A DNA stretch of 64,000 nt from Ilumatobacter sp. Its GTDB lineage: Bacteria; Actinomycetota; Acidimicrobiia; Acidimicrobiales; Ilumatobacteraceae. The DNA lies in NCBI GenBank assembly GCA_045107155.1, contig JBGCFW010000126.1, positions 3,320 to 67,319 of the forward strand, in the 5' to 3' direction. The position numbers were made by a program, and so were the translations under genes. This document shows positions 8,801 through 17,833 of the stretch, one piece after another. A model generated the notes under the pieces. It was given only the letters and a program-made list of their open reading frames with translations, searched no databases and was not told the origin of the DNA. Numbering within the stretch: position 1 is the first letter of the stretch; each line of letters starts with the position of its first letter.

Positions 8801-11213
8801 GGTACCACCACTCCTTGTTCGCACGAATCATCTCGAACTCGGCGTACGTCGGGTAGATGTTCCACACCGAGATCCACGAGCTGTCTTTGGCGCGCGACTC
8901 CATGGTGATGCGGAGCGGACCTTCTTCGAGGATCGTCGAGTCGGTCTTGCGCGGGCGACCGGGGTGGAAGTAGCCAGCTGGCGGCTTCACCGCGTTCGGG
9001 GTGCCGCGGAAGTCACCGTTCTCGTCTTCGTCGGTGTTCCACTGGATCCAGTCGATGTCGTCTTTGTCGATGATCTTCGAGAAGCCGCCACCGGCCTGCG
9101 TGTGGAAGACCCAGGTGCTGTCGTCGGCGAGGTCGAACTGATACGCGGGGAACCCTTCGTCGATCACCTCGGTCCTGGTGACCTGGGGGGCGATGACCGC
9201 CGCCGGCAGGTTCTTGTAGGTCTTGTCGAAGTACACGTGGTACGACCGGCCCTGCCCGGGTGAGGTCGTTCCCACGAGTTGCCAGAGCACGGTGCCCTCG
9301 GCGACCGAGACGGGGTCGTAGTCGCGACCTTCCTCGAACTGGAACGGAACCGCGGGATCGATCACGACACCGGCGGCGTCGATCTCGACGACACGGATCG
9401 AATCGGGATCGAATGACGGACCGCCGGCACCGGCGGACGCCATGAGGTCAGAGAAGTTCAGCTCGGCATCGACGACCTTGTCGACGCGGGCGACCGACTC
9501 GGGGAACACGGTCAGGGGGACGCGGTAGTCGAACTGAGTGTCCCACCAGGGTGCGGCGTCGTCAGGCGCGGCGGCGACGTTGACGATCGCTTCGGCGCTG
9601 GTGGCCGACCCTTCGCCGTTCGTGACACGAACGCTGTAGAGCGAGCCGTCATCGCTCGCGAGCAGTGCCGGCGTGACGTAGGTGCTCGACGTGGCACCGG
9701 GAATCTCGAAACCATCGAGCAGCCACTGGTACTCGAGGATCGGGGCGCCGCTGGCGGCGGCGGCGAACGATGCCTGGTCACCGGCGGACACCAGCACGTT
9801 CTCGGGGTTGCGAGTGATGACGGGCGGGCCCGTCGGCGCATCGCGATGGATGACGACCATCGGGCCGGGGCGTTCGATCATCGCACCGAAGCCGGGAGGA
9901 CGGAAGCTCCATCGCAGTGTGTTCGAGCCGGGCCGAAGCAGCGCCGGGTCGATCTCGCGGAACGAGGTGTCCCACGTGTCTTCCTGACCCTCGAACACCG
10001 GGAAGCCCGGTGCGTCGTTGATCGAGAGGTCGGGGCTGTTCCAGTAGTTGCCGAGGATGAACGCTCGATCGATGTCGGCGAGATCGGACGGCAGATCGAT
10101 GGTGTCGGAGTGAACCTGCGGAAGCTCGGTGTCGAAGTAGAGCCCGCGGTCGCGGTAGTCCGGGATGGTGTACGCCTCGACGGAGTAGCTGCGGACGAGG
10201 TCGAAGTCGGCCGAGGCGCCGCCGGCCACCTCTCGCGCGTTGCCCTGCGCGTCGACGACACGGATCTTGAAGCGGACGTCTTCCTGGCTGACCACGTCGG
10301 GCAGGTTCCAGGTGGCCGTGTACCGGCCCTCGTTGTTCGGGGTGGAGTCGGTGCCGATGTGCCCGATGGTCGCACCGTTGGCGCGCTCCTCGGTGCCGCC
10401 CGGGCCGTAGTTGTTGCGGAGGAAGTTGTGCCAGTCGAGGGTCTCGCCGTCGTTGTCCTCGTCGTAGCCGTCGTAGTACGCGTGGAACTCGACGAACTCG
10501 GCAGCCGAGGCGGTCGCCTCGAGGAAGATCTGGTTGCCGTCGACCTGGAGGACGCCACCGACGTCGGGATCCAGGACCGGGCCACCTGAGGCCTGCACGC
10601 TCACGAGCTCACCGTTGGGTGGGCTCACGTCGCTGTTCGGGCCGGGGATGATCGGATTCTGGTCGTCGTAGTAGACGCGGATCATGACGTCTTGCGCGTG
10701 GTACGGGCCGACGGCTTCCTGGAACTTGAAGCTGTTGTCACCCTGCTGGAGCTGCGTGAGCGGCACGGTGGCGGCGAAGTTGGTGCGGCTGTAGTTGTCG
10801 CCGTCCGGCGGGCGGTACTGGGGGCCGTCGTTGATCGTGAAGCGAGCCGAGTTCGTGGTGCGGTTACGCCAGAGGTTCACGTAGACGACTGCGGCGATGG
10901 CATCGCTGACGTCATCGGTGATCTGGAGGTCGATCTCCTTCACGCAGTCGAGCGGCTCGATGTAGAACGAGTTGCCGGGCACTTCGTCGTCGTGGCATCC
11001 GCCGGTGAACGACGAATGGTCCGCCCAGTACTCCTTGTAGGTGAACTCGGTGTCGTTGAAGTACACCCCAGCCTGCGCGGTGTCGCCGTCGAAAGCCGCC
11101 GGCACCAGTGCCGTGACGGCGCCGACCAGCAGCGCGATCGCTGCTGCGAATGCGCCATGGCGCACCAGCCTGCTCCGCCGTTCTGTTGTGGATCCCGTGG
11201 TCCGCATGTCCAT
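2817..11213 (-). CDS. Giant secreted modular protein (Ig-like, 3x ConA/DUF1349-like, 2x FN3-like, 2x chitobiase-C + LamG, PKD-like)
   Basis: 2,798-aa ORF; signal peptide ending AQA; repeats DDF..TL...W..VD..GD x3, TW.TN.PA.T..EW/DWG x2, IRY/FT.DG..P x2, GL...Y.F.D/E (LamG) x2, AGPD...WTQVSGP. Confidence 0.85.
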   Translation of the reverse strand: MDMRTTGSTTERRSRLVRHGAFAAAIALLVGAVTALVPAAFDGDTAQAGVYFNDTEFTYKEYWADHSSFTGGCHDDEVPGNSFYIEPLDCVKEIDLQITDDVSDAIAAVVYVNLWRNRTTNSARFTINDGPQYRPPDGDNYSRTNFAATVPLTQLQQGDNSFKFQEAVGPYHAQDVMIRVYYDDQNPIIPGPNSDVSPPNGELVSVQASGGPVLDPDVGGVLQVDGNQIFLEATASAAEFVEFHAYYDGYDEDNDGETLDWHNFLRNNYGPGGTEERANGATIGHIGTDSTPNNEGRYTATWNLPDVVSQEDVRFKIRVVDAQGNAREVAGGASADFDLVRSYSVEAYTIPDYRDRGLYFDTELPQVHSDTIDLPSDLADIDRAFILGNYWNSPDLSINDAPGFPVFEGQEDTWDTSFREIDPALLRPGSNTLRWSFRPPGFGAMIERPGPMVVIHRDAPTGPPVITRNPENVLVSAGDQASFAAAASGAPILEYQWLLDGFEIPGATSSTYVTPALLASDDGSLYSVRVTNGEGSATSAEAIVNVAAAPDDAAPWWDTQFDYRVPLTVFPESVARVDKVVDAELNFSDLMASAGAGGPSFDPDSIRVVEIDAAGVVIDPAVPFQFEEGRDYDPVSVAEGTVLWQLVGTTSPGQGRSYHVYFDKTYKNLPAAVIAPQVTRTEVIDEGFPAYQFDLADDSTWVFHTQAGGGFSKIIDKDDIDWIQWNTDEDENGDFRGTPNAVKPPAGYFHPGRPRKTDSTILEEGPLRITMESRAKDSSWISVWNIYPTYAEFEMIRANKEWWYLYEGTPGGEVDAADFIQRSDGVTVPIDGEFEADMPGEEWLYIADPADDRSFFMAHHQDDGAIESYRLLKEKLPVLGFGRGGLGLNQPYLTKNVNLEPQSFTTGLVDGTEFGPTGDHIRGAYKEVLVTVGEAKFNGVSDGAITDDFSAPTLSPFWTYVDNVGDTSLASTGAELVIDLPAGVNHSTWTGVDEAPRLVQPIGDNDLDIVVKFESLPVERWQGQGLIFLEDDQNWLRARVDHDGTFARFVVHKMVDGQASQVAVKRLPGVATRFVRAIRTGDVWKLQRSYNGTRWFGFRNDFTVPLDLTQAGITVSNSHEDTVPAFSAIVDYFESKTTGGLNDDAPQLSEVTVNSKARSAEITWTTNVPADTQLEWGSTASMDRFDINSDFVTEHSITIDFLRCETPYFFRPTSASDIGSTTGDAVTFTTAACPSIVSDDFSSGTLGDHWTAVDPVGDTLLTISDANAIISVPEGTDHNLFPEENFAPRLRQEAPIANFSVDAKFESVLSKKFQLQGIVVEEDDTNYLRFEIHHDGTNVRAYLASILDNEAITHEYITLPGGVEQYLRVERTGNTWTAWSSTDGVTWSQIGQFVADLQANYVGPYIGATAAGNATPPAFIGSIDYFFATDSPIVPEDGGTGADVVAPNVSNVQAQVGVPHSQAVTVTWDTNEPATTRVDWGFNTGYGAGPLVDNTALTEHSAVIEPVICGSTYQFRASSNDAAGNTGQSPNLTFTTGACPTEPFSDNFDTAELDPRWWIDDPRRDGTFDNPGGLLSMSVPGQARHDLTRNANTALRVLQPVENDDLQVTVGFESVVNFQSQLQGLIFEQDDQNLVRFDLYSDGTKTYAFVGQRTPNNLAVRANVEVPGATPGALRATRNGVNWRFEYSPDRGDTWQLVWNGVLSFNVSRVGPFVGNGNPTLANVPQHEALIDYFYSSEDPITITEPSALEAPVFEVFGARGEVWDGQPLEFGANGLTQPDVNILGNVTDPDGIASITYTVNDGQPFTMGLGSTDCPEGGVSCTRRLAGDGDFNADVDSSLLNPGVNTVTIRAIDNAFNASEIDVLVDFTPGNTWPMPYSVDWSTVTDLNDVAQPVDGRWQVEGDTVRATEIGYDRLLTFGDETWTSFEAEVPVLINSFDPQGYFAPSGGPAVGFIPHWMGHTQAETTQPAYGFSGQLGALVWYRYRDDNNGERLEIRDSNAVLVAEDLSGATLQTGTQYIFKMQAETGGGAGPLYRLKVWREVDPEPTEWNIVTALGPDAPDAGSLALVAHHTDVNFGDLQVRQITAQAPEIIPESGTYTGLAKIEMDTGTRAAEIRYTVDGSDPDENSLLYTEPFFVTESTTIKAKTYREGFFESTITQRSYTILQPPDRVETGLQAIYRFDDDGGTVASDTAQVGAALDLEIAATSDVTWLTDVDALRINDASVLRTPLGVNRINTAIQDSQSFTIEAWIDPATLDLGDGTLFNIGSEDPGQQNLAITQNGRTFDIDMRTSNTNSNGEPGRNTGAIVPPQLHHMVYVRRPDNRVYVYVDGELAWESFVGGSLFPWAAGYGLGVANSVEETNPWLGDLYLLAIYSEDLQQSEIVTNYQSGPFPPPANFAPQINAGPDITLVEGEVAQMAATASDDGNPTPPGTLTVGWTQVSGPATAVLASSTDPTTTVTLPTDGRYVFEWSGDDGEKTTTDEMIIDVIEAGSQAPAPSITPDSGVYPGQVEVVIETSVPNGQIRFTTDGTEPTVASPLYTGPFPVTETTTVQARVYRTNLADSDVTTRNYLITVDSRVDDGLVLFYPFNEASGATIKDRSSTSGTLNLTVQNYGRTTRVDSGLRIDQPTLIQSTSGAGKIVNPVKQSKEITVEMWLSAANLGQTDVMPIGISANPNARSFGMIQNGEDIVAYMRTRDTNSRGEPPTSANGVVEDQMFHLVYTRAEDGTTKLYVNGNEVASGLIGNNLGNWVQSHRLHLGSERDNSREWLGTYYLVAFYDRALTRSEVVQNFAFGDV

Positions 11214-11546
11214 CCCGCTGTTCCGCTTCTTCCCGCTCGTCCGCCCGTTGTCCGGCCTCGGGCACAGTCGTGTTGCGTGCTGCGACGATCGTAACTGCTC
11301 CGAGCTGGCGCAAACCGTCGTTTCTCGTCATGCTTTCGACCTCGTCACGCCCAGTGTGGCGAGGTGTTCACGCTGGGTGCCGCAGGGTCGGCGAGTGACC
11401 ACGAAATCGAGACACCGAACCGGCCAGTGTGGCCCGAAGCTGCCGCGCTCAGGCCGCGAAGTCCGAGCAAGTGGCCTGTTCGAGACAACAATCCACCGAC
11501 CGCGGCCACTGGGGGGCCCGTGACGGCTCAACCACTGAAAAAGGTC

Positions 11547-11567
11547 TCGACCTTGACTTGAGGTCGA
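11547..11567 (-). terminator. Hairpin after the wzy-like gene (possible intrinsic terminator, or MerR-type operator)
   Basis: TCGACCT-N7-AGGTCGA a few nt past the stop codon, followed on the minus strand by GACCTTTTT. Confidence 0.45.
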
Positions 11568-11574
11568 ATCAGTT

Positions 11575-12951
11575 TCATGATTTTGTCATGTACGCCGGGG
11601 CCTCGTCCGAGGCGCTTTCGGTCACCTCGTCACCCCGGACAGCCGCCATCACCAGACCGACGCCGATGCCCATCGCGAGCGAGAGGCGGAACTTGTCGAG
11701 AGCCGGCTCGACGAGCCCCTTCGCGAACGTTCCCGCGACGACCATCAGACCTCCCACCGCCATCGCTGCAACGCGGTCGTCGACGGCAGCTCGCCACAGC
11801 CTCAGCGCGGTCGCTGCCGTCGACCACAACGCGATCAAGTACACGCCGAGACCGACCAGTCCGATCCGCAGTGCGACGTCCAACAGCACGTTGTGCGCGG
11901 CCGCGTCGACCTCCTTGGACGCATTCAGCGCCGCGACGCGGACCACCTTCGTGCCGACTCCCGACCCGACGATCGGGTCGTCTTGGATTTTCGACAACGC
12001 CTGGTTGTAGAGCGACACGCGCGAGTCCGCGCTCCGTGCGTTGGCGTCCCCGCCGAACGTGTCGGTGACCGGCTCCAGGATCGCAGCGGGCGACGACGTC
12101 AACGCGACCCCGGCGATCGCGAGTCCGATCAGTCCGATCGCGAAGAGTCCGATCTCGACGCCCGTCGCACCCGATCGCTTGCGCCAGGTACTGCCGGCGA
12201 TGAGGATGACGAACACGATCGCGATCGCGAGGACCACGAGATACGACGCACGCTGGCGACCGACCAGCGGAGCGAACAGCAACGCGAGCGACGCGAGCGC
12301 CACCTTGAAGCGACGATCCTCCCGCGTGACCTCGGAGATCAACGCGACCGCGCCGATCAACGTGAGCAGCGTGACGGTGTCGTTGCTCAAGTTGCCTAGA
12401 CGGTTGAAGCGCTGCACCGGGGTGGAGAGCGAGAGATCGATCCGGGCGGCGTCGATCACGAATGCGATCGGCACCATGAAGCCCAGCACCACCGCCAACT
12501 TGGCGATGCTGTCAGCGAGGCGGCGGACGTCAGCGCCCGCTGCGATCGTCATACCCCCGACCAGGTAGAACGCCGCCTTGCCCTGGAAGAGCACCTCGAT
12601 CACCGGAAGCCCTGAGAGCAGCCCGACGCCGACACCAGCCACGTACAGGGTGATGAACCCGAACCAGAACAGGCCCAGCCGCGGGAACGAGCGCCCGCGA
12701 AACTGCAGCGTACGAGCGATGAGCGCGGCGACGATGACGGCATCGGGCGGACGGAAGTCCTGACGGATGATGCGGGGTCGGAGGATCCCAACGGGCACTT
12801 CGGAGGCCGGACCGGCGAGCAGTGCTTCGACCACCAGCGTGATCGCCAACACCACGAAGATCACGTGGCGTTGATTGCGCCCCTCCAACGCGTTGAACCA
12901 GACGATCAGTCCGAGCAGCACCATGCCGCTGACGGCGATCGCGAGGATCAC
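11575..12951 (-). CDS. O-antigen ligase / Wzy polymerase family membrane protein
   Basis: Many TM helices; loop motif R..LY..AL..IQDDPIVGSGVG...AHN..LD...RIG.VGL; GTG start at 12951 inferred. Confidence 0.8.
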   Translation of the reverse strand: MILAIAVSGMVLLGLIVWFNALEGRNQRHVIFVVLAITLVVEALLAGPASEVPVGILRPRIIRQDFRPPDAVIVAALIARTLQFRGRSFPRLGLFWFGFITLYVAGVGVGLLSGLPVIEVLFQGKAAFYLVGGMTIAAGADVRRLADSIAKLAVVLGFMVPIAFVIDAARIDLSLSTPVQRFNRLGNLSNDTVTLLTLIGAVALISEVTREDRRFKVALASLALLFAPLVGRQRASYLVVLAIAIVFVILIAGSTWRKRSGATGVEIGLFAIGLIGLAIAGVALTSSPAAILEPVTDTFGGDANARSADSRVSLYNQALSKIQDDPIVGSGVGTKVVRVAALNASKEVDAAAHNVLLDVALRIGLVGLGVYLIALWSTAATALRLWRAAVDDRVAAMAVGGLMVVAGTFAKGLVEPALDKFRLSLAMGIGVGLVMAAVRGDEVTESASDEAPAYMTKS

Positions 12952-13015
12952 GCGACAGCCTCGGCGACGTGGTGACGGAGCACCCCGCAAGGGTAGCGAC
13001 TGAGGTCGCGACGGG

Positions 13016-14788
13016 TCAGCCGAATGCGACAGGAATCAGGATCGAACACACGATCACCGTCGACAACGTGAGGGGCGCGCCGACACGGGTGAAGTCGGTG
13101 AAGCGGTAGCCGCCCAGCCCGAACACCATCAGGTTCGTCTGGTATCCGACCGGTGACAGGAACGAACACGACGCGCCGAAGAGGACGGCGATCACGAACA
13201 TCCGAGGGTCCGTGCCGAGATCGTCACCGACAGCCAGCGCGATCGGCACCATCAGCGCCGCCGCAGCGGTGTTCGTGAGGAGCTCGGTGAGCACGATCGT
13301 GACCACCATCAACACCACCACCAGTCCGGCATCGCCGAGGCCCGCGTCAGCGAACCACTCGACGAGGCCCGCGACTTCGGCTGCCAAGCCGCTCTCGGCG
13401 ATGCCTGCACCAAGGCTGATCGCCACAGCCATCGTCAGCACGACGTTGCGGTTGATCGCGCGCCACGCCTCCGTCATCGAGATCGCACGGCCCGCCACGA
13501 CCACCACCGCCGACGCGAGTGCAGCCTGGAACAGATCGAGCAGTCCGGAAACAGCCGCGACGACGAGTCCGAGCGTGGCGAGCACGGTGAGCAACGAACG
13601 ATCACGACGAACGGGCGGCGGCCCCCCGGTGGCGGCGACGAGCGAGAAGTCCCGGTCCCCACGCCAGCGTTGGGCAAACGAGTCGTCAGACAGCACGAGC
13701 AACACGTCGCCACCACGCAGGGTCACCTGACCGAGCTGGCCACCGACCTCGCCCGCAGCGCGATGAATGGCCATCACCGCACCGCCGTAGCGAGCCCGGA
13801 ATCCTGCGGTCTTGAGCGTGCGACCGACCAACGATGACCCGGGAGCCACCACCGCTTCAAACACGGTGGCGCCGGGTCCCTGGGCATCGGACACATGCTG
13901 ATCCTCGAGTGTGGTGAGGCCGTCGAAGTCGTGGAGCCCGATCACCTGCTTCACGTCGCCCACGAAGCAGCAGATGTCTCCGGCCTGCAGCTCGGTGGAT
14001 GGCGACGCAGCCAACGCTTCGGCCGTCGCTCCGGCCGCACCACCGCGCTCGACCATCGCGAGGAACGCCCCGTCGAGGTTCCGGAGACCTGACTCCTCGA
14101 TGGTTCGTCCGACGAGGTCGCTCCCCTCCTCCACGCGAGCAGCGAGCTGGAACTCGCGGGCGCGCTGCTCGGCCCCCGACGCAACGGCTGTCCGATCCGG
14201 CAGCAGCCTGACGCCGATGGTCGAGAGCACGGCGATGCCGACCACCGCAACCGGAAGGCCCACGACGGTGATCTCGAGCACGCCGAGCGGCTCGCGACCC
14301 GAACGGCCGAGCAGGTCGGAAACGACGAGGTTCGTCGAGGTTCCGATCAGGGTGATCACGCCGCCCAGCACGCTGGCGAACGACAGCGGGAGCAGGTAAC
14401 GAGACGCGTTCGCACCGGTGCGCTGCGCCCAATTGACGATCCGCGGCGCGAACATCGCGACGAGCGGGGTGTTCGGGACCACAGCAGACGCGATCGCCGT
14501 CGTCGCCGTGAGCGGAAGAATCGAGCCTTTCCGATCGATGAGCCGATCGAACACGCGAGAAAACGTGCCGGTCGCGGTGACGGCCCCGGCAAGGACGTAC
14601 AGCGCCGCGATCGTCGCCGGAGCGGGACTGGCGAGCCCGCTCAGCGCGATTTCGGTGTCGATCACACCGGCGAACAGCAACGCTCCGACGGCACCACCGA
14701 GCACGACGACCGGTGCGACCCGGTCGAGCACGAGCATCACCACCGTCACGACCAGAACGCCGAGCGCAATCCACGAGTCGAGACTCAT
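13016..14788 (-). CDS. SLC13/CitMHS-family permease with TrkA-C domains (probable sulfate transporter)
   Basis: LGGVITLIGTSTNL, TNTAAAALMVPIA and SPVGYQTNLMV motifs; two internal TrkA-C domains; directly downstream of cysNC. Confidence 0.85.
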   Translation of the reverse strand: MSLDSWIALGVLVVTVVMLVLDRVAPVVVLGGAVGALLFAGVIDTEIALSGLASPAPATIAALYVLAGAVTATGTFSRVFDRLIDRKGSILPLTATTAIASAVVPNTPLVAMFAPRIVNWAQRTGANASRYLLPLSFASVLGGVITLIGTSTNLVVSDLLGRSGREPLGVLEITVVGLPVAVVGIAVLSTIGVRLLPDRTAVASGAEQRAREFQLAARVEEGSDLVGRTIEESGLRNLDGAFLAMVERGGAAGATAEALAASPSTELQAGDICCFVGDVKQVIGLHDFDGLTTLEDQHVSDAQGPGATVFEAVVAPGSSLVGRTLKTAGFRARYGGAVMAIHRAAGEVGGQLGQVTLRGGDVLLVLSDDSFAQRWRGDRDFSLVAATGGPPPVRRDRSLLTVLATLGLVVAAVSGLLDLFQAALASAVVVVAGRAISMTEAWRAINRNVVLTMAVAISLGAGIAESGLAAEVAGLVEWFADAGLGDAGLVVVLMVVTIVLTELLTNTAAAALMVPIALAVGDDLGTDPRMFVIAVLFGASCSFLSPVGYQTNLMVFGLGGYRFTDFTRVGAPLTLSTVIVCSILIPVAFG

Positions 14789-14857
14789 GGTGCGCTCGGC
14801 GCCTGGCGTCGCATCGGTGCGTCGAGGGAGCCCGTCACTCTCTCGACCATCCGTCGC

Positions 14858-16759
14858 TCAGTCGACGATGCCGCTGGATCGCAATGCTGCGATCACCTTG
14901 TCGGCAGCGTCTTCCGGAGCCAGCGAATCTGTGTCGATGTACACGTCGGGCGACTCGGGCGCCTCGTAGGGCGAGTCGATCCCGGTGAAGTTCACGAGCT
15001 CTCCTGATCGCGCCTTGGCGTACAGGCCCTTCGGGTCGCGGGACTCAGCGACAGCGAGGGGCGCATCGACGTGGACTTCGAGGAACTCGCCCTCGCCGAC
15101 CCGCTCTCGAGCCAACTGGCGCTCGGCACGGAACGGCGAGATGAACGACACCAAGACCACGAGGCCCGCATCGACCATGAGCGACGACACCTCCGCGATG
15201 CGGCGGATGTTCTCGACGCGGTCGACGTCGGTGAAGCCGAGGTCACGGTTGAGTCCGTGACGCACGTTGTCACCATCGAGGAGATACGTCCGAACGCCCA
15301 TCTGGTGGAGCTTCGACTCGACGATGTTGCCGATCGTCGACTTGCCCGCACCCGACAGACCGGTCAACCAGACCACACCGGGTCGGTGGTTGTTCATCTG
15401 TGAACGAGCGTCCTTGTCGACACGCACGTCTTGCCAGTGGATGTTCTGCGAGCGACGCAGCGCGAAGTGCAGCAGACCCGCACCCACCGTGTTCTGGGTG
15501 AGCTTGTCGATGATGACGAAGCTGCCGGTCTCACGGTTGTCGTTGTACGGGTCGAATGCGATCGGGCGATCGAGTCCGAGGTTGCACACACCGATCTCGT
15601 TGAGACCGAGGGTGTCGGCTGCGAGATGGTCGAGCGTGTTGACGTCCACCCGGTACTTCGGATTGTCGATCGTGAGTCCGACCGTGCGGGTGCCGATCTT
15701 CATCAGGTACGGGCGTCCGGGGAGCATCTCGTCCTCGTGCATCCACACGACGTGCGCTTCGAACTGGTCAGCCACCTCCGATGGCGGGTCGCCGGCGCAG
15801 ATGAGATCGCCGCGTGACGCGTCGATCTCGTCGGCGAGCGTGATCGTCACCGATTGGCCGACGACCGCTTCTTCGAGATCGCCGTCCATCGTGACGATGC
15901 GATCCACCGTGGAGGTCGTCCCGGCCGGCAGGACCCGGATCGCGTCGCCCGGCTTGACCGTGCCGCCGACGACCTGGCCGGAGAATCCGCGGAAGTCGAG
16001 GTTCGGACGGTTCACCCACTGCACGGGCATGCGGAACGGCTGGTTGGCGCGAGCATCTTCGACCTCGACGTCTTCCAGGAACTGCATGAGCGACGGTCCG
16101 TCGTGCCACTCCATGTTTGGGCTGGGTACGAGGACGTTGTCGCCCTTGAGCGCCGACATCGGGATGAACTCGGCACCGATCAGACCGATCCGGTCAGCGA
16201 AGTCGAGGTACTCCTGCTTGATCGTCTCATAGGTGTCCTGGGAGTAGTCGACGAGGTCCATCTTGTTGATGGCGACGATGACCTTCTTGATGCCCAGCAG
16301 GTTGACGAGGTAGCTGTGGCGACGCGTCTGGGTGAGAATCCCCTTGCGCGCATCGACCATCAGGATCGCGACGTCAGCGGTGGACGCACCGGTGACCATG
16401 TTGCGCGTGTACTGCTCGTGGCCGGGGGTGTCGGCGACGATGAACTTGCGCTTCTCGGTCGAGAAGAACCTGTAGGCGACGTCGATCGTGATGCCCTGCT
16501 CGCGTTCGGCCGACAGCCCGTCGAGCAGCAGCGCGAAGTCGAGGTCGCCACCCTGGGTGCCGACCTTGGCCGAGTCGGCTTCAAGTGCGGCGAGGTGATC
16601 TTCGAAGACCAGCTGCGATTCGTAGAGCAGACGACCGATCAGGGTCGACTTGCCGTCGTCGACGGATCCGCAGGTGATGAAGCGGAGCAGCGACTTGTAC
16701 TGGTGCGAGGTCAGGTAGGCCTCGATGTCCTCAGCGATGAGATCGGATGAATGTGCCAT
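14858..16759 (-). CDS. cysNC: Bifunctional sulfate adenylyltransferase subunit 1 / APS kinase
   Basis: [27 protein letters not shown], and C-terminal [12 protein letters not shown]...LDGDNVR. Confidence 0.97.
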   Translation of the reverse strand: MAHSSDLIAEDIEAYLTSHQYKSLLRFITCGSVDDGKSTLIGRLLYESQLVFEDHLAALEADSAKVGTQGGDLDFALLLDGLSAEREQGITIDVAYRFFSTEKRKFIVADTPGHEQYTRNMVTGASTADVAILMVDARKGILTQTRRHSYLVNLLGIKKVIVAINKMDLVDYSQDTYETIKQEYLDFADRIGLIGAEFIPMSALKGDNVLVPSPNMEWHDGPSLMQFLEDVEVEDARANQPFRMPVQWVNRPNLDFRGFSGQVVGGTVKPGDAIRVLPAGTTSTVDRIVTMDGDLEEAVVGQSVTITLADEIDASRGDLICAGDPPSEVADQFEAHVVWMHEDEMLPGRPYLMKIGTRTVGLTIDNPKYRVDVNTLDHLAADTLGLNEIGVCNLGLDRPIAFDPYNDNRETGSFVIIDKLTQNTVGAGLLHFALRRSQNIHWQDVRVDKDARSQMNNHRPGVVWLTGLSGAGKSTIGNIVESKLHQMGVRTYLLDGDNVRHGLNRDLGFTDVDRVENIRRIAEVSSLMVDAGLVVLVSFISPFRAERQLARERVGEGEFLEVHVDAPLAVAESRDPKGLYAKARSGELVNFTGIDSPYEAPESPDVYIDTDSLAPEDAADKVIAALRSSGIVD

Positions 16760-17691
16760 CAGAAGTACCCCTCCTGCTTCTTCTTCTCCATGGACGCCGA
16801 ACCATCGAAGTCGATCACTCGACCCTGACGCTCCGACGTGGTGGCGAGGAGCATCTCCTGGACCACGTCGAGCAGGCTGGTGGCTTCGGACTCGATCGCA
16901 CCCGAGAGCGGGTAGCAGCCGAGCGTGCGGAAGCGGACCGACTTGGTGACGGGCTCTTCGCCGTCACGCAGCTGGAAACGATCATCGTCGATCATGATCA
17001 GCGCACCGTCGCGCTCGACCACGGGGCGCGGCGCCGAGAGGTACAGCGGGACGATCTCGATCTGCTCGAGGTGGACGTACTGCCACACGTCGAGCTCGGT
17101 CCAGTTGGAGATCGGGAAGACGCGCAGCGTCTCACCCGGGCTGCGACGGCCGTTGTAGATGTTCCACAGCTCGGGGCGTTGACGCTTGGGGTCCCACTGG
17201 TGCTGCGGTGAGCGAACGGAGAAGATGCGCTCCTTGGCGCGGGACTTCTCTTCGTCGCGACGAGCGCCACCGAAGCACAGATCGAACTTGTACTTGTCGA
17301 TCGCCTGCTTCAGGCCCTGGGTCTTCCACATGTCGGTGTGCACCGCCGAGCCGTGATCGAACGGGTTGATCCCCTGCTCGATGCACTCCGGGTTCTGATG
17401 CACGATCAGATCCATGCCGTATTCCTTGGCCGTGCGATCGCGGAACTCGTACATCGCGTTGAACTTCCACGTCGTGTCGACGTGAACCAACGGGAACGGA
17501 GGCACGCTCGGGTAGAACGCCTTGCGGGCGAGATGCAGCATGACCGAGCTGTCCTTGCCGACCGAGTAGAGCATCGCCGGACGCTCTGCCTCGCTCACCG
17601 CCTCGCGCATGATCTGGATCGCTTCGGCCTCGAGACGCTGAAGGTGCGTCAGCCGACTCTTCGTCAGTGTATTTGTCGTATTGTCCACCAT
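16759..17691 (-). CDS. cysD: Sulfate adenylyltransferase subunit 2
   Basis: [41 protein letters not shown]; stop overlaps the cysNC start; exact start uncertain. Confidence 0.97.
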   Translation of the reverse strand: MVDNTTNTLTKSRLTHLQRLEAEAIQIMREAVSEAERPAMLYSVGKDSSVMLHLARKAFYPSVPPFPLVHVDTTWKFNAMYEFRDRTAKEYGMDLIVHQNPECIEQGINPFDHGSAVHTDMWKTQGLKQAIDKYKFDLCFGGARRDEEKSRAKERIFSVRSPQHQWDPKRQRPELWNIYNGRRSPGETLRVFPISNWTELDVWQYVHLEQIEIVPLYLSAPRPVVERDGALIMIDDDRFQLRDGEEPVTKSVRFRTLGCYPLSGAIESEATSLLDVVQEMLLATTSERQGRVIDFDGSASMEKKKQEGYF

Positions 17692-17706
17692 TGCAGGGGA
17701 CAATAC
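17678..17706. promoter_or_regulatory. Inverted repeat at the cysD start; candidate Rrf2 operator
   Basis: GTATTGTCC-N11-GGACAATAC, perfect 9-bp arms, in an AT-rich patch. Confidence 0.55.
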
Positions 17707-17833
17707 TCATAACCGAGCGCCGACCGCAACCTCTTTCTCACTGAATGTGGTCAAGAGTTCGTCAGGCTTCGGTCGTCGACGCTGCCGTCGAAGCCGTGTG
17801 AGGTCATCGGCCCAACGGCCCCTGAACTTGAAC

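Noticed and set aside
11150-11213. Tat signal on the giant protein (ERRSRL)
   Set aside because: Lacks the RRxFL consensus, and the protein is implausibly large for Tat; Sec export is more likely.
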